From an uncultured archaeon (GTDB lineage: Archaea; Asgardarchaeota; Thorarchaeia; Thorarchaeales; Thorarchaeaceae): 17,574 nucleotides of DNA. The stretch lies in NCBI GenBank assembly GCA_964473825.1, contig CAYYQL010000043.1:2840-20413 (forward strand), given 5' to 3'. Every line of letters starts with the position of its first letter. Within the stretch, counting starts at the first letter, position 1. The notes below the pieces were generated by a model. It did no database searches and was not told where the DNA came from. It saw only the letters and a list, made by a program, of their open reading frames with translations. Positions 8,897 through 15,309 of the stretch are shown piece by piece. The position numbers were made by a program, and so were the translations under genes.

Positions 8897-9322
8897 ATGG
8901 TATCATATGAAGGGTTCGAATTTCCTGAGGACTTATACTATACTACTGACCAAGAATGGGTCAAGAAAGAAGACGGCAAGGTTCGGGTTGGCTTTACGAC
9001 TTTCGGCATGGATCTCGCTGGAAAGATCAAGTTCGTTCGACTCAGACCAGCTGGCCGTGAGATCAAGGCGGGTAAAAGCATCGGCACGCTTGAGTCTGGA
9101 AAATGGACCGGTCCGGTGAAAGCACCAGTCAGCGGTACATTGGTCGAGGTAAATGAAGAACTCAAGACCAATCCTAGTGTGTTGAATGAGGATCCATATG
9201 GCAAGGGCTGGATTGCAGTCATCGAGGCAACCAATCTTGAGGACGACCTTAAGGAGTTGCAGGGTGCAGACGGCCTTGAGGAATGGGTCAAGAAGGAATA
9301 CGCTGAGAAGACGGCCGAATAG
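8897..9322 (+). CDS. gcvH: Glycine cleavage H-family lipoyl carrier protein (GcvH/LbpA-like)
   Basis: Motifs PEDLYYTTDQEWV, VRVGFT, LESGKWTGPVKAPVSG (lipoyl-Lys) and VNEEL...P..LNEDPYGKGWI. Confidence 0.93.
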   Translation: MVSYEGFEFPEDLYYTTDQEWVKKEDGKVRVGFTTFGMDLAGKIKFVRLRPAGREIKAGKSIGTLESGKWTGPVKAPVSGTLVEVNEELKTNPSVLNEDPYGKGWIAVIEATNLEDDLKELQGADGLEEWVKKEYAEKTAE

Positions 9323-9325
9323 TTC

Positions 9326-9367
9326 CATGGGCGAGTGCGGTGTCGGAATGGTCCGGCACCACCCATG
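9326..9367. terminator. GC-rich hairpin between convergent gcvH-like and cdc6-like genes
   Basis: Inner stem GGTGTCGGA-atgg-TCCGGCACC (9339-9360, one G-U) and outer stem CATGGG/CCCATG, followed by a T-rich stretch on the + strand. Confidence 0.5.
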
Positions 9368-9375
9368 CCATTTTC

Positions 9376-10509
9376 TCATTTTCTACGCAACAACTCTCGC
9401 CGCATGGAGAGGGCTGCATCATAGAGGACTTCTGGTGGAGTGAGTACGTAGAGCAGGTTTCTAGAATAGCCAGACTCGAACACGATACTCTGAAAGATGA
9501 GCGTCTGCAGACTCTTCTCGATGTCATCGCGCGCATGCTTGATTCCCAGTTCTTCACACTTGATGAGTATCAGCTCGTTCAAGGTCTTTCGGTCGATATA
9601 GGTTTCAGTCTTGTATCTCATCAGATGCTCGGTCATTGCCTCAAGTACGAGTAGCGTCATGAAGTCATTCATCGCTACGGTTTCAACAATCTCCATGTAG
9701 TCTTGGTCGAGCCCAAATGTAGTTATGTTAGAGGTTGCTGATCTTACCATATCAGAATCAATCTCTTGTCCTCGTGAGGCAAGCGGCCAGAGGGCCTTCA
9801 ATGCCTCGATTGAGGTCTTGGGTTTTGAAGCATCAAACTCGCAGACCAGATCAGTGATGTAGCGGATCACCTCATCTGTCAGACCGAGCGGGAATGTGTC
9901 TTCTACTCGCATCCGAACAATCTCGTAGAGCTGACTCTGTGTGTACGTATCTAGAGGAATCTCAAAGTCATATGCCATGTCGGTGGCCGGTTTCTTTGTT
10001 AGGAGTCGATAGTCATGACTGTTGAGTACACCAATGGTGGACGCACGAATTTCCTTTGACAACCTGGCAAGTTTGAGATAGACATCTTCGTTTGTTTCGT
10101 CGATGTTATCAATCACAAAGACTGTCTTCTTGGCATCTGCAGCAGTGCGCTTGAATTGCATCCACAACACATCAAGATCAAAAGCCACAGTGATTGGTCT
10201 GTTGGTCTCTCTGTGAATCTTGTCATTCAGTTCTGCAACTATCTCAAGGAGGTCTTTCCGCTTTGCATCCACATATACAGTATGCGCATCGAATCTATCT
10301 GGAATGAGTGTTGTGAGAAAATAGCGAGAGAATACTGTCATGCCAACACCGGATATTCCGTGTACAAGACAATTGACTCCATAGTCTTCTTCGTAAGAGT
10401 CGGAGTATACGCCCGCTATGCTGTCCAGCTCCCTGTTTCTATGGAGTAGCTTTTCGGGCACATAGTATGGATCAAAAAGCCCCTTTGGACTACGATGCGG
10501 TCTTACCAT
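9376..10509 (-). CDS. Orc1/Cdc6-family AAA+ / winged-helix protein, divergent, predicted ATPase-inactive
   Basis: Family motifs FDPYYVPEKLLHRNREL, NCLVHGISGVGMT (Walker A position), FVIDNID (Walker B position) and YTQSQLYEIVRMRVEDTF, plus a C-terminal helical domain of wHTH size; 377 aa. Confidence 0.85.
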   Translation of the reverse strand: MVRPHRSPKGLFDPYYVPEKLLHRNRELDSIAGVYSDSYEEDYGVNCLVHGISGVGMTVFSRYFLTTLIPDRFDAHTVYVDAKRKDLLEIVAELNDKIHRETNRPITVAFDLDVLWMQFKRTAADAKKTVFVIDNIDETNEDVYLKLARLSKEIRASTIGVLNSHDYRLLTKKPATDMAYDFEIPLDTYTQSQLYEIVRMRVEDTFPLGLTDEVIRYITDLVCEFDASKPKTSIEALKALWPLASRGQEIDSDMVRSATSNITTFGLDQDYMEIVETVAMNDFMTLLVLEAMTEHLMRYKTETYIDRKTLNELILIKCEELGIKHARDDIEKSLQTLIFQSIVFESGYSRNLLYVLTPPEVLYDAALSMRRELLRRK

Positions 10510-10537
10510 AGTTATCGGACATCTGTTTCTTCCAACC

Positions 10538-10544
10538 TATATAA
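10538..10544 (-). promoter_or_regulatory. TATA box of cdc6-like gene (near-leaderless transcript predicted)
   Basis: TTATATA on the minus strand ends 29 nt upstream of ATG 10509. Confidence 0.55.
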
Positions 10545-10581
10545 GCACCACAGGGGGTTGACCGAAAGTATTCGCCCGTTT

Positions 10582-11049
10582 CTACGTCATCGACTCAAGT
10601 ATACTGTCAGAGTCTGGGTCGAAGATAAAAGGGTTGAACATTGCTCCGACTATCTCTCTGAGTTCTTGAAGCCTCTCGAGTTTCGCATCGTTGCTGAAGA
10701 TCCATTTGTGCTCTGGTTTTGGAGTTATGCGCAGTTCTTCGCAGAGGGTGACCATTTCCTTTACGACCTTGAATTTCTCGGCACCTGTTTTGTTGTCAGG
10801 CCGCATCTCGCGTGAGTGCATTATGATTCCATAGGCGGGTGCATTATTTCCGAGATACCACTTGCTTGGGGCATGCCCATACTTTGCAAGAGGGACAAAC
10901 ACATTCTCGAGCAACAGGTTGTCGATGCGTTCGATGCACTGCTGCATATTGGTGAGGATTTGGTCGTAGAACCCATACCCCTCGAAGAGAGCCATCTGGA
11001 CTCCCTCCCTTGGATTTCGCTTCGGCAGTTTCAAGCGGATGTCCTTCAT
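10582..11049 (-). CDS. Hypothetical protein, possibly a relic of an Fe-S / FAD-linked oxidoreductase
   Basis: 155-aa ORF overlapping the upstream stop (ATGA). VQMALFEGY resembles the VALFxGC start of CCG domains. The C-terminus (PEHKW...LQELREIVGAMFNP) weakly recalls the end of FAD-linked oxidase C domains. The frame stays open ~26 codons upstream of the ATG. Confidence 0.45.
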   Translation of the reverse strand: MKDIRLKLPKRNPREGVQMALFEGYGFYDQILTNMQQCIERIDNLLLENVFVPLAKYGHAPSKWYLGNNAPAYGIIMHSREMRPDNKTGAEKFKVVKEMVTLCEELRITPKPEHKWIFSNDAKLERLQELREIVGAMFNPFIFDPDSDSILESMT

Positions 11050-11359
11050 CGCTTGCGTCTCGCGTCTGATGAGTGATCTCTTCTCCGTGATATCAGATAA
11101 GCGCGTGTACGCTGTCTGTGCCAGATCTCAAGAAGATCAACATCGGAAGAACACATCTCCGCACATCTTCCGCACACGGTGCATTGGAAGAGGAGCCGTC
11201 TGAACTCTCTTCCAAGCTCCTTGTCGTCCTCAATCTGCTCCATGACTTGCAAGAGATACACCTTACTCTTGGTGATTACTGCTCCTCGCCGGTGACTCGG
11301 AACAACGGGCAGAAGCTGAGGCACGACCCACAGCGAACGCAACGTTCGTAATCTTCCAT
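11046..11359 (-). pseudogene. Disrupted 2x[4Fe-4S] dicluster protein (GlcF/HdrC/GlpC-type N-terminal domain)
   Basis: From ATG 11359 (or TTG 11404) the frame reads MEDYERCVRCGSCLSFCPLFRVTGEEQ-TAA(11278-11276)-SPR. After a frameshift near 11266 it continues KVYLLQ...CTVCGRCAEMCSSDVDL. The two CxxCxxCxxxC motifs lie in different frames. Confidence 0.82.
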
Positions 11360-11494
11360 TTCATGAAACCTCTCTTGGACAAGGTGTGCCAGTCTGTACT
11401 CCAAATGAGCGTGACGGTAGGAGATATTCCAGAGGATGCGTTTTGGGGTCTATTCCGCCTGTATTCCGCGATACCGTAACTGCTCTTTTCGGCG

Positions 11495-11505
11495 CATATT
11501 TATGC
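11495..11505. promoter_or_regulatory. AT-rich TATA-like element in divergent intergenic region
   Basis: CATATTTATG lies about 50 nt upstream of ATG 11552 and reads CATAAATATG on the minus strand. Confidence 0.3.
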
Positions 11506-11551
11506 AGTCAAGGATGGACACAAAGATGACGCATTCAGGAATCGATGAGAA

Positions 11552-13540
11552 ATGGAGCGAAAGAGACCCGTCGCAATCGTTTTGGTTCTGCTTATCGCAG
11601 GTAGTGTCGCCGTTGGCGCACTGTTGTTCCTGCCTAATGGTGATGAGATGTCGGACGACGATGAAGACGACGGAATTGAACCAACAGAAATCATCCCTCA
11701 TCCCTACAATGCATTGAACTGGTGGGATTTGCCTGGCAATTTCAGCTCCTTTTCGAACTATCTCGATGTTCTGAACCACTTTGCCTCAATAGGCATTCGT
11801 TATGACTACACTGATGGATACTACGATGCGGCAGAGTACGTGATGGGGTATCTTGAGGCCCGAGATATAGAAGCTGAGTTCTGGGGTCCCCATGACTCTG
11901 TGGTTGGAATTCAGAGAGGCTATGGTTCTGACAACCGAGCTATTGTCTTCGGAGCCCATCTAGATGGACCCCCTTCTACAACTGGCATCGACCAGAATGC
12001 AGGGGGCTGTGCCACCGTCATGATTGCTGCAAGAATCTTATCGCAATTCAGACTACCGATAGATATCTACTACTGCTTCTTCCAGGGAAATATGGAGTTC
12101 TTGGATGAGCAGCAGAAGAATCGTGCCATGTGGGGCTCACAAGAAGTGAGCCAGATTCTCCTCAGTCAGGGCGTAGATGTTTTGGCCATGTACAATTTCG
12201 ATGAGGTTCTTTATCACATACCAGAAGTAGAAGGTCCCAAACTTGATTTTGAGTACAAGTATCCCGGAACTGTTGGCTATCACTCAACGAAGCACTTGGC
12301 TGATTTGCTCTATGCCTTCATGAATGGATACGACCATGAAACCACTCTGCGAGTCAGACAATATGAACAGACCCAGACAGACCACTGGGCATTTTGGGAC
12401 CGAGGTTTCCCTGCAGTGAACGTGAGGAGCCCCGTTGGGGTCGATGAGATGCTTCCTTATTCTGATTCTGTCTTCTGGGACTTCTTCTATAAGGAGCAAG
12501 GATTCCATCTGGCACGAGCGGCCGCATCGGTTGCAGTGTATTTGGGTATGAAGGGTAAAGGTGAGCACACAAGTCAGAAGATCCAGACCCCTCTGGTAAC
12601 TGGTGAGTCCGACAGTCTTACCACGGTCTGCACGGTTGAACAGGAATTCCTCATCCGCGGAACAGTCCCTGAGAACGCAACACTGGCACTCACGGTGAAG
12701 CGGGGAAGCACAGAGTACCTTCCCACAGTAGAGGTTCAGGCGGGGAACTTCTCTATGAATACCACCACCTCAGTCGGTATCGGCCTTGTTACGCTTGAAG
12801 TCACCAATACTGGAGACACCAACGACACCTTCACTGTGTTCATGGAGTACTCCTCTGACACCAACGGAAATGGAATCCTAGACTCAGTCGAATATGAATG
12901 GCCTGAGCCTGATCCCCCGTTGGACTGGGATGGCGACGGTCTTCCGGATGCTAATGAAACCAGAATTGGTACAGACATTTTCAAGGTTGACACGGATGGT
13001 GACGGAATAAGTGACTACGTGGAGGTCCAGAACGGACTCAACCCTCTGCTTCATGACGCTAATGCTGACTATGATGAAGATGGGTTACCGAATCATCTGG
13101 AGCTTTCTTTGGGCTTAAATCCTCTTTCTAATGATACAGATGATGACAGCATGCAGGATGGCTGGGAGGTGACGAATGGTCTGGATCCTCTTGTGCATGA
13201 TAGCGCAGAAGACCCAGATAGCGACGGCCTCACCAATCTCGAGGAGTTCATTCATGGAACGGATCCTCATTTGGCTGATACTGATTATGACGGCATTGGC
13301 GATGCTGAAGAAGTCGGGAGAGGAATGGATCCCACTTCACCGGATTCAGACAGTGATGGGCTGCCAGACTTGCTGGAATTGCTAGAAGGCCTTGACCCAC
13401 TCAATCCGGACTGTGACTGGGATTTCGCGCTTGATGGCTCTGATCCCAATCCTGCAGTCAATAGATGGCTGGTAATCGGGATCATTGCTCTTGTCCCTGT
13501 CTTGATAGGCTCAATCATCCTCCGAAGGCGAATAAAATAG
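11552..13540 (+). CDS. Membrane-anchored M28 peptidase-fold protein with C-terminal Asp-rich (thrombospondin type 3-like) repeats; metal ligands degenerate
   Basis: N-terminal TM (PVAIVLVLLIAGSVAVGALLFL); M28 motifs VFGAHLDG, GIDQNAGG, MWGS, YNFDEV and TDHWAFWDRGFPAV; a beta-rich domain; nine DxDxDG..D..E repeats; C-terminal TM followed by RRRIK. Confidence 0.85.
   Translation: MERKRPVAIVLVLLIAGSVAVGALLFLPNGDEMSDDDEDDGIEPTEIIPHPYNALNWWDLPGNFSSFSNYLDVLNHFASIGIRYDYTDGYYDAAEYVMGYLEARDIEAEFWGPHDSVVGIQRGYGSDNRAIVFGAHLDGPPSTTGIDQNAGGCATVMIAARILSQFRLPIDIYYCFFQGNMEFLDEQQKNRAMWGSQEVSQILLSQGVDVLAMYNFDEVLYHIPEVEGPKLDFEYKYPGTVGYHSTKHLADLLYAFMNGYDHETTLRVRQYEQTQTDHWAFWDRGFPAVNVRSPVGVDEMLPYSDSVFWDFFYKEQGFHLARAAASVAVYLGMKGKGEHTSQKIQTPLVTGESDSLTTVCTVEQEFLIRGTVPENATLALTVKRGSTEYLPTVEVQAGNFSMNTTTSVGIGLVTLEVTNTGDTNDTFTVFMEYSSDTNGNGILDSVEYEWPEPDPPLDWDGDGLPDANETRIGTDIFKVDTDGDGISDYVEVQNGLNPLLHDANADYDEDGLPNHLELSLGLNPLSNDTDDDSMQDGWEVTNGLDPLVHDSAEDPDSDGLTNLEEFIHGTDPHLADTDYDGIGDAEEVGRGMDPTSPDSDSDGLPDLLELLEGLDPLNPDCDWDFALDGSDPNPAVNRWLVIGIIALVPVLIGSIILRRRIK
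12857..13453 (+). repeat. Nine DxDxDGhxDxxE-xxxGxDP Ca-binding-type repeats
   Basis: DTNGNGILDSVE, DWDGDGLPDANE, DTDGDGISDYVE, DYDEDGLPNHLE, DTDDDSMQDGWE, DPDSDGLTNLEE, DTDYDGIGDAEE, DSDSDGLPDLLE, DCDWDFALDGSD. Confidence 0.9.
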
Positions 13541-13553
13541 CATTGCTCCTTTG

Positions 13554-13581
13554 GTCATGATGCTTCTCTGAGCATGATGAC
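13554..13581 (+). terminator. Hairpin just downstream of M28-like gene
   Basis: GTCAT-G-ATGCT-tctctg-AGCAT-G-ATGAC gives 10 bp with one mismatch, 13 nt after the stop codon. Confidence 0.35.
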
Positions 13582-13730
13582 TCCAATAATACTGTGCTAT
13601 GTGATTCGTCATTCAGCAAGATGACAATGGATGAGGCACACGTGCCCCCTGGAGCGTGGAGTGTCTTCTTCGAAAATCCATTGACTCTCTGCGAATTCAC
13701 GTATTCAACTATGCCCGCCAACATTGCAGA

Positions 13731-13783
13731 TTAAAAAGAGTGATGAGGATGGAGGATAGTGCTCCATCCTGTTGCTTTTGTTT
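13731..13783. terminator. Perfect 9-bp hairpin with U-rich tracts on both strands (bidirectional terminator-like)
   Basis: AGGATGGAG-gatagtg-CTCCATCCT (13746-13770) is followed by GTTGCTTTTGTTT on + and CATCACTCTTTTT on -, 23 nt beyond the malic enzyme stop. Confidence 0.55.
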
Positions 13784-13793
13784 GATGAAGGAC

Positions 13794-15152
13794 CTAAAGA
13801 GGTGCCTGAGGAATGAAACCCTTTTCGTATAGGATTTCTGAGGATCCGCGTGCTGTCCGGATGACTTGCTCTGCATGCTTGTAGAGGTCTTTTTCTTCCC
13901 ACTCCTTACGGGCAATGCCTTGTTCAATGGCCTTCATTCCCACTGCGGTCGCTTCAAGAGGATAGAGTTCCCATTGGTCCATGGTTGGAATCACTTTCTT
14001 CTCGCTTGCCTCTTTTGCGCCAAGATCCGCCAGGGCTCTTGCAGCTGCAACGCACATCTCGTCTGTAATCGTTGTAGCCTGCACATCGAGTGTGCCGCGG
14101 AAGATTCCTGGGAAGCCGAGTGAATTGTTGATCTGATTGTCGAAATCACTTCTACCAGTGCCAATAACCGTTGCGCCTGCGGCTTTTGCGTCCCACGGCC
14201 AAATCTCAGGCATCGGGTTAGCGCAGGCAAAGACGATTGCATCATCAGCCATTTTCTCGATCCATTCTTTCTTTATGGTTCCTGGCACTGGACGAGATGC
14301 TGCAATAAGCACATCTGTGCCATCGATTACCTGCCCCAAGTCTCCGGTCATGCGGTCGGGATTTGTCTTCTGCGCCAAGTCATACTTGAAGGTGTCGTAG
14401 TCTTTCTCTTCGACGATGTCTTCACGGTCGGAATAAATCGCACCTGTACTATCTACCATCACTACGTTCTTGGGGTCTACACCAGCTGCGAAGAGTAGGT
14501 AGGCTGTGCGGGTGTTAGCTGACCCGACACCGAGCATCGCAACTTTGACGTTTTCGATATCTTTCTTCACAACATCTAGTGCGCCTATCACACCGGCGAG
14601 AACTACCGTTCCTGTGCCTTGTGCGTCATCGTGCCAGACTGGAATCTTGATATCAGGGTCGTTTCTCAACTCTTCAAGAACCCTGTAGCATTTCGGTTTG
14701 GAGATATCTTCCAGATTGATCCCGCCAAATGTTGGTTGGATCAGTTTCACGGTCTTGATGATGTCGTCTGGGTCCTTGGTGTCAAGGCATATGGGCCAAG
14801 CATCAACTCCGCCAAGGTACTTGAAGAGGATCGACTTGCCTTCCATCACGGGTCCTGCGCCGTAGGGGCCTATGTCGCCAAGTCCGAGCACTCTCGTTCC
14901 GTCACTCACAACTGCAACCATGTTACCTTTGTTCGTGTGTTCGTATGCAAGTTCTTCATTTTCTGCAATGGCACGACACGGTGCTGCAACACCTGGTGTG
15001 TACCATATAGCAAAATCCGAGAAATCCCGAACGGGTGCCTTCCCAATGGATTGGATCTTGCCCCGGTAGAACGGGTGCAATTCCATCGCATCCTTGGAGG
15101 GTTTCTCGGCCTTCTTCTTCAGTTCCTCAATGTCCACTTTTTCATCAGGCAT
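13794..15152 (-). CDS. mae: NAD(P)-dependent malic enzyme (small-subunit type)
   Basis: Motifs YTPGVA, VVSDGTRVLGLGDIG, PVMEGK, FGGINLEDISKPKC, PVWHDDAQGT, GVGSA, FACANPMPEI and TGRSDFDNQINNSLGFPGIFRG. Confidence 0.97.
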   Translation of the reverse strand: MPDEKVDIEELKKKAEKPSKDAMELHPFYRGKIQSIGKAPVRDFSDFAIWYTPGVAAPCRAIAENEELAYEHTNKGNMVAVVSDGTRVLGLGDIGPYGAGPVMEGKSILFKYLGGVDAWPICLDTKDPDDIIKTVKLIQPTFGGINLEDISKPKCYRVLEELRNDPDIKIPVWHDDAQGTGTVVLAGVIGALDVVKKDIENVKVAMLGVGSANTRTAYLLFAAGVDPKNVVMVDSTGAIYSDREDIVEEKDYDTFKYDLAQKTNPDRMTGDLGQVIDGTDVLIAASRPVPGTIKKEWIEKMADDAIVFACANPMPEIWPWDAKAAGATVIGTGRSDFDNQINNSLGFPGIFRGTLDVQATTITDEMCVAAARALADLGAKEASEKKVIPTMDQWELYPLEATAVGMKAIEQGIARKEWEEKDLYKHAEQVIRTARGSSEILYEKGFIPQAPL

Positions 15153-15192
15153 TCTAATCAGGCCTCACAATCGTACGAGACAGATTCTGCTC

Positions 15193-15230
15193 TGTCATTC
15201 AGACCAGAGTGACAATCGGCACGATTAAAA
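15193..15230. promoter_or_regulatory. Imperfect inverted repeat plus TATA-like element between divergent genes
   Basis: TGTCATTC-agacca-GAGTGACA (15193-15214; 7/8 matched) and GATTAAAA (15223-15230; TTTTAATC on the minus strand). Confidence 0.4.
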
Positions 15231-15309
15231 TCTATGTGTCCAACTATATCACTAGCGAGCCTTATTGACGAAGGTTCTATTGGAAGGCTATGCGAAGGAG
15301 AAGATTACA

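Noticed and set aside
9326-9367. SECIS element
   Set aside because: There is no GAA/A internal-loop signature, and neither flanking gene has an in-frame TGA.
10510-10581. Replication origin / ORB box next to the cdc6-like gene (TTCCA...CAGGGGG)
   Set aside because: The spacer is only 72 bp, with a single G-string, no TCCA-N3-GAAAC core, no repeated ORBs and no AT-rich unwinding element.
11276-11278. Stop-codon recoding (Sec/Pyl) in the Fe-S gene
   Set aside because: The codon is TAA at a non-Cys position, and a frameshift follows.
11046-11342. 98-aa ORF as an intact gene starting at 11342
   Set aside because: Its first ~25 residues are the wrong-frame reading of the first Cys cluster.
12857-13453. 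CRISPR-like or DNA tandem repeat
   Set aside because: The periodicity is at the protein level only; the DNA copies are diverged and in frame within a CDS.
13515-13724. 69-aa minus-strand ORF in the long spacer
   Set aside because: It has no motif or RBS, overlaps the end of the M28-like gene, and sits downstream of a terminator-like hairpin. It cannot be fully excluded.
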